Shown here piece after piece: positions 7,211 to 15,574 of a stretch of 24,000 nucleotides of DNA. A program made the translations under genes and the position numbers. The stretch's first letter is position 1, and every line of letters begins with the position of its first letter. The notes beneath the pieces are model-generated. The model did not search any database. It was not told the origin of the DNA and was given only the letters and a program-made list of their open reading frames with translations. Location of the stretch: NCBI GenBank assembly GCA_023393525.1, contig JAEWKZ010000013.1, positions 8,509-32,508 of the forward strand, given 5' to 3'. The DNA is from Pseudomonadota bacterium (GTDB taxonomy: Bacteria; Desulfobacterota; Desulfovibrionia; Desulfovibrionales; Desulfomicrobiaceae).

Positions 7211-8551
7211 TTACTGCCCATCCAGTCCGAATTTCTTCATCTTGCTGCGCAAGGTGACCCGCGTCACGCCAAGAACCCGGGCCGCCTCGCTTTTGTTGTT
7301 GCCGACCTGCTCCAGGGCGCGCGCGATGGCCTCGCGCTCGGCGTCCTCCAGTGACTGCCCCGCAGGCGCGGCATCGACGCTTTTTTCGCTTCCGCGCAGG
7401 TTCGCGGGCAGGTCGGCCTCGGTGACCAGCTCGCCGGGCGAGAGAATGACCGCCCGTTCCACCACGTTCTCAAGCTCGCGCACGTTCCCCGGCCAGTCGT
7501 AATGCAGCATCAGATCCATGACCCGGGGCGAAAAGCCGCGAAAGGTCTTGCGGTTGCGCCGGGCGAAGCGGTTCAGGAAATGCCGGGCCAGGAGAGGAAT
7601 GTCCTCGAGCCGCTCCCGCAAGGCGGGAACGCGCAAGGCGATGACGTTCAAGCGATAGTACAGATCTTCGCGAAAGCCCCCGCCCTGAACTTCGGCCTCC
7701 AGATCGCGGTTGGTCGCGGCGAGAACCCGCACATCGACCCGGATCGCCTTGTCGCTGCCCAGGCGCTGCACCTCCCCCTGTTGCAGGGCGCGCAAGAGCT
7801 TGGCTTGGAGCGCGGGAGCCATCTCCCCGATCTCGTCCAGAAAAAGCGTTCCTCCGTCGGCCTGCACGAACCTTCCGTCCCGCTGGCGCTGCGCTCCGGT
7901 GTAGGCCCCCTTTTCGTGACCGAAGAGTTCGCTTTCCAGCAGATTTTCAGCCAGGGCCGCGCAATTGACCGTGACCAGCGGACGTTTCCTGCGTGGGCTG
8001 CCCTCGTGCAGCGCCTTGGCCACCAGCTCCTTGCCCGTGCCCGATTCTCCCAGAATCAGCACCGACGCCTCCGATGGGGCCACGGCCCGGATCATGGCCG
8101 CGAGTTCGCGCATGGGGGGCGAATCGCCGATCATCTCCGAAACCGGGTCGGCCTCTCCGCTTGGGGCCTGCTCCGGACGGTGGGCCGCGCCCTGCGCCAA
8201 TGCCCGCTCAAGCCCCTGTCGCAGCTCCTCGAAATCCAGGGGCTTGTGCAGGTAATCGAGCGCCCCGGCCTTCAAGGCCCGCACCGCCACGTCCACGGAA
8301 GAGTAGGCGGTCATGATCAGCACGGGCAGATAGGGATTGTAGAGCTTTATGCGTCGCAAAGCCTCTATGCCGTCCACTTCGGCCATGCGTACGTCGGTCA
8401 GGACCACATCGTAGGCGCGCTGACGCACCTTGTTCACGGCCATGCCCCCGTCGTCGGCCGTATCGACCTCGTACCCCCAGCTGCCAAGCATGGCCACCAG
8501 CATGGTCATGTGCGCCCGGTCATCGTCGACCACCAGAATTCGCGCCTTCAT
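7211..8551 (-). CDS. Sigma-54-dependent response regulator (NtrC/ZraR/AtoC family: Rec + AAA+ + Fis-type HTH)
   Basis: The receiver shows ILVVDDD, VLTDVRMAE and YLHKP. The AAA+ domain has Walker A GESGTGKE, the sigma-54 contact loop GAYTGA, Walker B LFLDEI and WPGNVRELEN. The C-terminal HTH reads NKSEAARVLGVTRVTLRSKMKKFG. Its start overlaps the kinase stop (ATGA at 8548-8551). Confidence 0.9.
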   Translation of the reverse strand: MKARILVVDDDRAHMTMLVAMLGSWGYEVDTADDGGMAVNKVRQRAYDVVLTDVRMAEVDGIEALRRIKLYNPYLPVLIMTAYSSVDVAVRALKAGALDYLHKPLDFEELRQGLERALAQGAAHRPEQAPSGEADPVSEMIGDSPPMRELAAMIRAVAPSEASVLILGESGTGKELVAKALHEGSPRRKRPLVTVNCAALAENLLESELFGHEKGAYTGAQRQRDGRFVQADGGTLFLDEIGEMAPALQAKLLRALQQGEVQRLGSDKAIRVDVRVLAATNRDLEAEVQGGGFREDLYYRLNVIALRVPALRERLEDIPLLARHFLNRFARRNRKTFRGFSPRVMDLMLHYDWPGNVRELENVVERAVILSPGELVTEADLPANLRGSEKSVDAAPAGQSLEDAEREAIARALEQVGNNKSEAARVLGVTRVTLRSKMKKFGLDGQ

Positions 8552-9894
8552 CGGTTCTCTCCCTTCAACGGCAGATCAAGCACCACCTGCGTGCCCTGCC
8601 CCGGTTCGGAAACGACCCGCACTCCCCCGCCGTGGGCCTCGACCAAAGTGCGCACCGTGGCCAGTCCAATCCCGGTGCCCTGATTCTTGGTGGTGAAATA
8701 CGGATCGAATATCTTGTCCAGGTCCTGGGCGGGAATTCCCGAACCGGTATCGGCCACGCGCAGTTCCAGCCGATCCTTGGCGCTGTGGGCCGAAACGGTC
8801 AGCGTGCCGCCCCCGGGCATGGCCTGGATCGCGTTCAGCAGCAGGTTCAGCAGGGCTTGCAGCATGCGGTCGGCGTCAAGGACGGCGGTGAGCTCGGCGA
8901 GGCGCTCCCGCACGACGATTCCCCGGCTGCGACAATCCCCTTCCACCAGTTTCAGGGCATGCCGGACAAGCTCGGGCACCACGACCGGGGCCAGACGCAG
9001 CTCCGACGGACGGGTCAGGTCGAGAAGCTCGGTCACGACCCGATTCAGGCGCTCGACCTCGCCCACCATGACCTCGGCCAACTCCCGGTCCTGGGTCCCG
9101 GGTTCGAATTTTGCCCCGAAATAGGTGGCGAAGCCCTTGATGGAACTCAATGGATTGCGGATCTCGTGCGCCACACCGGCGGCCAGGGTGCCAAGCGCGG
9201 CCAGACGCTCCCTCCTGGCCACTTCTTTTTCGAGTTCTGCCACCTTACGCCGCCAGAAAAGCGTCACCGCCCCGGCGAAAGCCAGGGCCAGACAAAGGCC
9301 GCCGGCCATGGCCAGGGTCAGCATGTCCTTGCGCACGGCGTGCAGGTAGGCGGAGGCGTCAAGACCGACGGCGATGAGCGTGCGTTCCTCGTCCGCGCGG
9401 AAGCCGTGCTCCATCCCCCCATGCATCGTGGAGCGCCGGGGGGGCCTGGAAAACCTGTAGACCACGAAAAGCGACTCCTCGCCGGACTGGATGATTTCCC
9501 AGGCCGCCTCGGAGGTTGCGGGCAGCGCGGCCAGCCTCACGGCCGTGACTCCGACGCCTGGCTCGGCCTCGCTCAAGGCCTCGAAGCGCCCCTGGGCATC
9601 GACCAGACCCAGAAAGCGCAAGTCCCCCTGCCGGATCATCTCGTCCATCAGGAAACGCAGCCTGAACTGCCGCCCTTCCTGACCGCGCATGCCCATGCGC
9701 CTGGCGGCCTCCACGGCCCGGATCAGGGTTTCGCCCTGGGTGGTCAGGATGCGGGCGATGGTACGCTGCTCCCGCTGCCGGCCCTGCACGGCGAGCCAGA
9801 TCAAAATCACGGCGGCCAGCACCGCCGACACGAAAAGGAGCAGGCCGCGCCGCCGCCGAAAAACGGATATGGGAGAAGATGGTTGAGCCGTCAT
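8548..9894 (-). CDS. Membrane sensor histidine kinase (two TM segments flanking a roughly 150-aa periplasmic domain, HisKA, HATPase_c)
   Basis: TM segments are LLLFVSAVLAAVILIWLAV and LAMAGGLCLALAFAGAVTLFW. The H-box is AHEIRNPLSSI, the N-box LLNLLLNAIQA, and the G-boxes DTGSGI and GTGIGL. Confidence 0.85.
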   Translation of the reverse strand: MTAQPSSPISVFRRRRGLLLFVSAVLAAVILIWLAVQGRQREQRTIARILTTQGETLIRAVEAARRMGMRGQEGRQFRLRFLMDEMIRQGDLRFLGLVDAQGRFEALSEAEPGVGVTAVRLAALPATSEAAWEIIQSGEESLFVVYRFSRPPRRSTMHGGMEHGFRADEERTLIAVGLDASAYLHAVRKDMLTLAMAGGLCLALAFAGAVTLFWRRKVAELEKEVARRERLAALGTLAAGVAHEIRNPLSSIKGFATYFGAKFEPGTQDRELAEVMVGEVERLNRVVTELLDLTRPSELRLAPVVVPELVRHALKLVEGDCRSRGIVVRERLAELTAVLDADRMLQALLNLLLNAIQAMPGGGTLTVSAHSAKDRLELRVADTGSGIPAQDLDKIFDPYFTTKNQGTGIGLATVRTLVEAHGGGVRVVSEPGQGTQVVLDLPLKGENR

Positions 9895-10077
9895 TGAGTG
9901 ACAATCCTTAATCGGGGCCGTTGCCTACAGCCTCGCGGTCGGTTGAAATCCACGCTGAAACTATCAATATCGGCTGGTTCTAGCAAATATCCTGCCTGCC
10001 GGATCAAGCGCCCGCATCGCGTCCACTCATTGCCAGCCCGAAAAGGATTTCGTAGGCAGGCGGAAAAGGAGGTTTTC

Positions 10078-10407
10078 ATGAGCTTGAGCACTCTACAGGA
10101 AGACGTCGACGCATGGGTCAAGACCGTCGGGGTCCGCTATTTTTCCGAACTGACCAATCTGGGCATCCTCATGGAGGAAGTCGGAGAAGTGGCCCGCATC
10201 ATGACCCGCCGCTACGGCGACCAGAGCTTCAAGGAGAACGAGAAAAACGACCTCGGCGACGAGCTGGCCGACGTCCTCTTCGTGCTTACCTGCATCGCCA
10301 ACCAGACCGGCGTCGACCTGACCGAAGCCATGCGCCGCAATCTACAAAAAAAGACCCTGCGCGACGCGAACCGACACAAAAACAATCCCAAGCTTCACTC
10401 GGCCTGA
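10078..10407 (+). CDS. MazG-like nucleotide pyrophosphohydrolase (small all-alpha NTP-PPase)
   Basis: It has the EExxE metal motif (LMEEVGEVARI) and ExxD (LGDELADVLF). An AAAGGAGG RBS lies 5-6 nt upstream of ATG 10078. The longer ORF from 9898 lacks support. Confidence 0.8.
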   Translation: MSLSTLQEDVDAWVKTVGVRYFSELTNLGILMEEVGEVARIMTRRYGDQSFKENEKNDLGDELADVLFVLTCIANQTGVDLTEAMRRNLQKKTLRDANRHKNNPKLHSA

Positions 10408-10492
10408 ACCTGGTCAGATTCTGACCACGGCAAGCGCGCCGGCTGGTTAAATTTTATCCGGTGTCCGCAGCCCGCAAACGCCAGGTTCCGCA

Positions 10493-10538
10493 TATTTCGG
10501 AATAAAAATCCATAAAGTCATATAGTTATGCCGAAATA
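10493..10538. promoter_or_regulatory. Pair of inverted 13-nt sites (TATTTCGG[A/C]ATAA), a candidate enhancer-binding-protein site
   Basis: TATTTCGGAATAA at 10493-10505 matches the reverse complement of TTATGCCGAAATA (10526-10538) at 12 of 13 positions. The centres are 33 bp apart, just upstream of the sigma-54 promoter. Confidence 0.3.
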
Positions 10539-10545
10539 CCGGCAC

Positions 10546-10560
10546 TGGCACGCCCCTTGA
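10546..10560 (+). promoter_or_regulatory. Sigma-54 (-24/-12) promoter
   Basis: TGGCAC (10546-10551), N5, then TTGA (10557-10560), against the consensus TGGCAC-N5-TTGC. It lies about 48 nt upstream of ATG 10608, and a sigma-54 activator gene is nearby. Confidence 0.65.
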
Positions 10561-10607
10561 TATCCTCCTTGGTACAATCGCGAACATCAAACCAACCGGA
10601 GGATCTC

Positions 10608-11132
10608 ATGAAAAGAACGACAAGCATCGCCATCCTGGCCATTTTCGGAATCATCGCGCTGAGCACCCTGACCTTTGCCGGCCCCATGCGCGGCATGGGA
10701 ATGCGCGGCGATTGCGCGGGCTGGAATCAGAACCCCGCCGTGCAGCAGCTGCCCCAGGAAAAACAGGACCTGCTCAAAAACATCCTGGACGAACATCGCA
10801 AGGACACGACCGCGCTTCGCAACAGCATGTGGGAAAAGCGCACCCTGCTTCACGCCCTGTCCGCCAACCCCAATGCCACACCCGAATCCATCACCGCCCT
10901 GGTGCGCGAGATAGGCGACCTGCGGGCCCAGATGCAGACCAAGCGCGACGCCCTGGAAGCGCGGGTGAGCAAGGAAGTCGGCATCGAGCTGCCCAGGGGT
11001 TTTGGAAAGCATGACCGCAGGGGCATGGGCGGTCGCGGCCACGGCGACTTCGGTCGGCGCGGCATGGGCCAAGGCATGGGGCAGGGCATGAACCCGGCCC
11101 TGGACGCGGCTCCCGGCGCTCCCGATGCCTAA
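10608..11132 (+). CDS. Periplasmic ZraP/Spy/CpxP-family (heavy-metal-resistance / LTXXQ-like) protein
   Basis: The signal peptide is MKRTTSIAILAIFGIIALSTLTFAG. The helical core has an LTXXQ-like LPQEKQDLL and a second helix, PESITALVREIGDLRAQM. The tail is Gly/Met/His/Arg-rich. A GGAGGA RBS lies 5 nt upstream. Confidence 0.75.
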   Translation: MKRTTSIAILAIFGIIALSTLTFAGPMRGMGMRGDCAGWNQNPAVQQLPQEKQDLLKNILDEHRKDTTALRNSMWEKRTLLHALSANPNATPESITALVREIGDLRAQMQTKRDALEARVSKEVGIELPRGFGKHDRRGMGGRGHGDFGRRGMGQGMGQGMNPALDAAPGAPDA

Positions 11133-11174
11133 GGCTCCTGCCGGACCCACTGCGCATTGCGCATCACTCTTCGC

Positions 11175-11203
11175 AAGGCGGCCTCCGGGGCCGCCTTTTT
11201 GTT
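11175..11203 (+). terminator. Rho-independent terminator
   Basis: AAGGCGGCC (11175-11183) pairs with GGCCGCCTT (11189-11197) around a 5-nt loop, followed by a T-run. Confidence 0.65.
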
Positions 11204-11241
11204 CTTGCCCGCATGCCCCAGGGAGCCTATAGGCACGAACC

Positions 11242-13050
11242 ATGAGCCTTTTTTCCAGCAAATCCCTACCCCAGCCCAAATTCCTGCCCGTGACCCGCGC
11301 CGAAATGGATGCGCTCGGCTGGGATGAACTCGACGTGCTCCTGGTCAGCGGCGACGCCTACGTGGACCATCCATCCTTTGCCATGGCCCTGCTCGGGCGC
11401 ACACTGGTGGCGCACGGACTGCGCACCGGAATCATCACCCAGCCGCGCTGGGACGGCCCGCAGGACATGCTGACCATGGGCCGTCCGCGCCTGTTCGCGG
11501 GAGTCTCGGCCGGGGCCATCGACTCCATGCTGGCCCACTACACGGCCTTCCGCAAAAAACGCTCCGAGGACGCCTACACCCCGGGCGGCAGGGCCGGGGC
11601 CAGGCCCAACCGGGCGTGCATCGTCTACACCAATCTTCTGCGCCGCGCCTTTCCCGGACTGACAGTGGTGCTGGGCGGAATCGAAGCCTCGCTACGCCGC
11701 ATCACGCATTACGATTTCTGGACCGACGCCCTGCGCAAGCCCATCCTCCTCGACGCCAAGGCAGACGCCGTGGTCTACGGCATGGGCGAGCGGGCCATCC
11801 TGGGCATCGCGGACCGGCTCGCGGCGGGCCGCGACATCCTGGGCATCCCCGGCACCGTCACCGTGGGCGAAGATGTGCCCGACGCCGTCGAACTGCCCAG
11901 CCACGAAGCCATGCTCGCCGATCCCAAGGAGCTGATGCGCGCCACGTTGCTGCTGGAAAAACAGGTCCACGACGGCACGTACTGGGCCAGACAAGCCGTC
12001 GGCGACCGCACGGTCCTGATCGCTCCACCAGCCCGCCCCTTGAGCACAAAGGAAATGGACGAGGTCTATGCCCTGCCCTTCGCCCGCAAGGCGCATCCCG
12101 GCTACCTCCTGCCCATCCCGGCCGAGGAGATGATCCGCGACTCCGTGACCAGCCACCGGGGCTGCGGCGGCGGGTGCTCGTTCTGCACCCTGGCCCTGCA
12201 CCAGGGCCGACGCATCGCCTCGCGCAGCCGCACGTCCATTCTCGACGAGGTCCGGCGCATGGCCGCAAGCCCGGACTTCAAGGGCCATGTCTCCGATGTC
12301 GGCGGCCCCAGCGCCAACATGTGGGGAGCAAGCTGCGCCAGGGAGGGACAACCCTGCAAACGGCCAAGCTGCATGACTCCGACCGTCTGCCCCCACTTTC
12401 GCATGGACCAGAAAGCCCACCTCGACCTGCTGCGCACCCTGCGCCGCACGCCCGGAGTGCGCGGCGTGCGCGTGGCCAGCGGCGTGCGCTTCGACCTGGC
12501 CTTAAAAGACATGGAGGCCCTTGGCGGCTATCTGCGCGAATTCGTGGGCGGTCAGTTGAAAATCGCACCGGAGCATGTCTGCGATCATGTGCTGCGGCTG
12601 ATGCGCAAGCCCGGCAACCGTGTTTTCGAGGAATTTCTGACAGTCTTCGCCCGTGAATCGAAAAGGGCGGGAAAGGAACAGTACGTCATCCCCTACCTGA
12701 TGAGCGCCTTTCCCGGCACCACCGACGACGACATGCGCGCCCTGGCCCGCTGGCTTGGCGACCGTGGCTGGAAGCCCAGGCAGGTGCAGTGCTTCATCCC
12801 CATTCCCGGAGCCGTGGCCACGGCCATGTATCACGCGGGCATCACCCCGGACGGCAAGCCCCTACACGTGCCGCGCACCGACGAAGAGCGCCTTCGCCAG
12901 CATCGCATCCTCCTGCCTCCGGAAGACAAACGTCCCAACCGTCCCGCTCCACCCATGCGCGACAACGCTCCAAAGAGCTGCCCGGGCCGGTGTCCGGCAC
13001 CATCTCGCGGCGCACCCAAAAGACAAAAACCGGCTCGGCGCAAAAAATAA
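11242..13050 (+). CDS. ygiQ: YgiQ-family radical SAM protein (UPF0313)
   Basis: The N-terminal signature characteristic of the family is FLPVTRAEMDALGWDELDVLLVSGDAYVDHPSF. The radical-SAM cluster motif is CGGGCSFC. The tail is basic and Pro-rich. Confidence 0.85.
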   Translation: MSLFSSKSLPQPKFLPVTRAEMDALGWDELDVLLVSGDAYVDHPSFAMALLGRTLVAHGLRTGIITQPRWDGPQDMLTMGRPRLFAGVSAGAIDSMLAHYTAFRKKRSEDAYTPGGRAGARPNRACIVYTNLLRRAFPGLTVVLGGIEASLRRITHYDFWTDALRKPILLDAKADAVVYGMGERAILGIADRLAAGRDILGIPGTVTVGEDVPDAVELPSHEAMLADPKELMRATLLLEKQVHDGTYWARQAVGDRTVLIAPPARPLSTKEMDEVYALPFARKAHPGYLLPIPAEEMIRDSVTSHRGCGGGCSFCTLALHQGRRIASRSRTSILDEVRRMAASPDFKGHVSDVGGPSANMWGASCAREGQPCKRPSCMTPTVCPHFRMDQKAHLDLLRTLRRTPGVRGVRVASGVRFDLALKDMEALGGYLREFVGGQLKIAPEHVCDHVLRLMRKPGNRVFEEFLTVFARESKRAGKEQYVIPYLMSAFPGTTDDDMRALARWLGDRGWKPRQVQCFIPIPGAVATAMYHAGITPDGKPLHVPRTDEERLRQHRILLPPEDKRPNRPAPPMRDNAPKSCPGRCPAPSRGAPKRQKPARRKK

Positions 13051-13102
13051 ACCCGCTCCGCCCGATTCACGGACGCCCGCATTCACATCCCGACAAAGCT
13101 TT

Positions 13103-13136
13103 GATCAGGCAGCCCGTTGCAGCTGCCTGATTTTTT
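13103..13136 (+). terminator. Rho-independent terminator
   Basis: ATCAGGCAGC (13104-13113) pairs with GCTGCCTGAT (13122-13131), followed by T6. Confidence 0.65.
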
Positions 13137-13159
13137 ATGCACTCTTTTCAAGAAGGGAA

Positions 13160-13188
13160 TTGTCTTTTTTTAGATTAGGCTGTAATAT
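13160..13188 (+). promoter_or_regulatory. Candidate sigma-70 promoter (TTGTCT-N17-TAATAT)
   Basis: TTGTCT lies at 13160-13165 and TAATAT at 13183-13188, with exactly 17 nt between them. It sits in an AT-rich stretch about 290 nt upstream of the IHF-like gene. Confidence 0.3.
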
Positions 13189-13474
13189 CAGCTAGAAGAA
13201 GAAAGGCGAACTCATTCTTGGTCAGACCTTACGCCCGGCCACAGCCGGCTGCGCAAGAAGAGGCCGCATGAAGAAGATTTTTTTCCAGGAAGTTGGTGGG
13301 AACAACTTCCCTTAGTCCTTGATTTTTATTATCAGAAATCGAATTTTCACGACGGCCGCACGCGATTTTCGGACCACGATCCGGACCTTGGCCGATCTGC
13401 TGAGAAATTCCCGGTGTTACATGAACCCACATTGAGGATCACGAGTCTTCACGAATCGCAATCTGGAGCGAAAA

Positions 13475-13750
13475 ATGAACAAAAGTGAACTTATTCAGTC
13501 CCTTGCAGAAAAAATCAAAATCTCCAACGATGAAGCGTCCACCATCGTCGACAGCTTCTTCGATTCCATGCGCGACGCTCTGTTGCGCGGAGACCGCATT
13601 GAAATCAGGGGGTTTGGCAGCTTCAAGATCAAGCAGTACGAAGGCTACGTCGGGCGCAATCCCAAGACGGGAGAGTCGGTGCAGGTCAAACCCAAGAAAA
13701 TGCCCTTTTTCAAGGCCGGAAAAGGTCTGCTGGACTATCTCAACGGCTAG
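13475..13750 (+). CDS. ihfB: Integration host factor beta-like / HU-family DNA-binding protein
   Basis: The sequence MNKSELI...RIEIRGFGSF...GRNPKTGESV...PFFKAGKGL is the bacterial histone-like signature. RIEIRGFGSF resembles IHF-beta more than HU. Confidence 0.8.
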   Translation: MNKSELIQSLAEKIKISNDEASTIVDSFFDSMRDALLRGDRIEIRGFGSFKIKQYEGYVGRNPKTGESVQVKPKKMPFFKAGKGLLDYLNG

Positions 13751-13806
13751 GGCCGTTGACACAAGGGGCCGTTTTGACGCAATTGCTCGCGGCACACCTT
13801 AAATGA

Positions 13807-13849
13807 AGACGCAGGTCCGTCCGCCCCGGATGGACTGAACGTCTTTTTA
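13807..13849 (+). terminator. Rho-independent terminator
   Basis: AGACG-CAGGTCC pairs with GGACTG-(AA)-CGTCT in a compound stem, followed by T5 (13844-13848). Confidence 0.55.
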
Positions 13850-13862
13850 TGGAGCTTCGGCA

Positions 13863-14735
13863 TTGCATTCAGTGATTCAACGCGTTGCTGCGATTCATGA
13901 TCTTTCCGGTTTTGGCGGGGGATCGCTCTCGGCGGTGATCCCCATCCTATCGGCCATGGGCATCCAGGTTTGCAGCCTGCCCACCGCCATTCTTTCCACT
14001 CACACTGGCGGATTCACGAAATTCCACTTCCGCGATCTGACTGCGGACATGCGCTGCATCGTCGACCATTGGCGTCAGCTGTCCCTGTCCTTTGACGGGA
14101 TATATTCCGGATTCCTCGGATCATCCGAACAAATCGAAATCGTCGGCGACTTCATCCGCGCTTTCCGCAAGGATTCGACCCTGGTCGTGATCGATCCGGT
14201 TCTGGGTGACGACGGCAAGCTCTACGACACCATGGGCGCATGCATGGTCGACGGCATGCGCGGCCTGATCGCCTCGGCCGACGTCATCACTCCGAACATC
14301 ACCGAGGCCGCATTGCTCCTGGGCCTGTCCGGCCCCGCCACGGTCTCCGGCACCGGGGAAGTCAAGGCCTGGGCCCGCGCCCTGGGCGATCTCGGCCCGA
14401 AGTGCGTCATCATCACCAGCGTGCCCGAGGAGCATGACCGGGGGACCTCGGTCCTGGCCTTCGACAAGGGGACTGGCCGCTTCTGGAAGGTCGCATGCCC
14501 ATATATTCCCGCCTGTTATCCCGGCACTGGAGATATTTTCGCCAGTGTGATAACAGGATCGCTGCTCCAGGGCGATTCCCTGCCCCTGTCCCTGGACCGG
14601 GCCGTGCAATTTGTCTCCATGGCCATACGGGCCACCTTCGGCCACAACTTTCCGGAACGCGAAGGGGTGTTTCTGGAACGGGTGCTCCCGAGTCTGAACG
14701 CCCCCGTGTCCATGAGCAGCTTTGAACTGATATGA
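13863..14735 (+). CDS. pdxK: Pyridoxal/pyridoxamine kinase (ribokinase superfamily)
   Basis: The N-terminal signature is AAIHDLSGFGGGSLSAVIPILSAMGIQVCSLPTAILSTHTGGF. The C-terminal anion-hole motif is GTGDIFAS. The apparent TTG start at 13863 has GGAG 8 nt upstream; GTG 13872 is an alternative. Confidence 0.75.
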   Translation: MHSVIQRVAAIHDLSGFGGGSLSAVIPILSAMGIQVCSLPTAILSTHTGGFTKFHFRDLTADMRCIVDHWRQLSLSFDGIYSGFLGSSEQIEIVGDFIRAFRKDSTLVVIDPVLGDDGKLYDTMGACMVDGMRGLIASADVITPNITEAALLLGLSGPATVSGTGEVKAWARALGDLGPKCVIITSVPEEHDRGTSVLAFDKGTGRFWKVACPYIPACYPGTGDIFASVITGSLLQGDSLPLSLDRAVQFVSMAIRATFGHNFPEREGVFLERVLPSLNAPVSMSSFELI

Positions 14736-15574
14736 CGGGCCCGTTCCACGGAATTTTCATCAGCGATCTGGACGGAACCCTCTTGCGCGGCGGGCGGATA
14801 TCCGCAGGCGACATCGCGGCCCTCCAAGGCCTGCGCAGACATAGAATCCTGCGCGTCATCGCCACGGGAAGATCGCTGTATTCGGCCAGATCCTGCCTGG
14901 GAAAGGATTTTCCGGCCGATTATCTGATCCTTTCCACCGGAAATCAGATCGTGGACTGGCCCTCTGGCGAGGTGGTGCGCTGCGCCTCCCTGCCCGCCGA
15001 GGAAACGCGGAATATCTGCCGTTTCTTGCGCGGCCTGGATTTGAATTTCATGGTGCACGAGAATTTTCCGCACAACCATCGCTTCGCCTTTCACCGGGGC
15101 CGTGGTGGCGTGGCGGACTTTGACCGCCGAGTGTCGCTGTACGCGGACCACGCCCGGGAAATGACGGATTGTCACGACGGACATGCCGCTTCCCAGATCG
15201 TGGTTATCGTTGACTCCGACGATGCGACAATGCATGACCGCATCGTCGGCGAACTTGGAAACAACAGCGTGATCAGGGCCACATCACCGTTGGACGACCG
15301 GTCCGTGTGGATCGAAATTTTCGCGGCGAACGTCTCGAAGGCCTCGGGCATCGAGCACCTCGTCCAACGCCACGGCCTGCACGGACTGCCAAGCGCGGCC
15401 ATCGGCAACGACCACAACGACAGGGACATGCTCGATCTGGTGCGCATGCCCTTCAAGGTCGCCGACGCGTTCCTGGACGACGACAACTATATCACAACGC
15501 CGGAAGCGACCGACGCCGTGGCCTTCGCCATTGCGCGCTACATGGAATCCTTATCCGGCATGACGGACGCATGA
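14732..15574 (+). CDS. HAD-IIB (Cof-type) phosphatase
   Basis: Motif I is FISDLDGTLL, motif II VIATGR and motif IV GNDHNDRDML. Its start overlaps the pdxK-like stop (ATGA 14732-14735). Confidence 0.8.
   Translation: MTGPFHGIFISDLDGTLLRGGRISAGDIAALQGLRRHRILRVIATGRSLYSARSCLGKDFPADYLILSTGNQIVDWPSGEVVRCASLPAEETRNICRFLRGLDLNFMVHENFPHNHRFAFHRGRGGVADFDRRVSLYADHAREMTDCHDGHAASQIVVIVDSDDATMHDRIVGELGNNSVIRATSPLDDRSVWIEIFAANVSKASGIEHLVQRHGLHGLPSAAIGNDHNDRDMLDLVRMPFKVADAFLDDDNYITTPEATDAVAFAIARYMESLSGMTDA

Noticed and set aside
2179-9897. Long ORFs antisense to or overlapping real genes (for example 2179-3078 +, 3853-4596 +, 4682-5926 -, 6413-7144 -, 7502-8683 +, 8632-9897 +)
   Set aside because: These are typical high-GC shadow frames. 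They are Arg/Gly/Pro/His/Ala-rich with no recognisable motifs, and each overlaps a gene that has strong family signatures in another frame.
10078-10407. Possibility that the MazG-like gene marks a MazEF-type toxin-antitoxin locus
   Set aside because: MazG is an NTP pyrophosphohydrolase, not a toxin or antitoxin. No MazF/MazE-like or other small paired ORFs are adjacent.
10412-10426. GGTCAG-ATT-CTGACC hairpin after mazG considered as a terminator
   Set aside because: The stem is only 6 bp with a 3-nt loop, and no T-run follows. That is too weak to call an intrinsic terminator.
13268-13315. 15-codon ORF (MKKIFFQEVGGNNFP) considered as a leader peptide gene
   Set aside because: The RBS is plausible (AAGAGG), but I see no attenuator logic (no regulatory codon run, no terminator/antiterminator pair) and I cannot assess conservation. 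I report it only as part of the leader-region observation.
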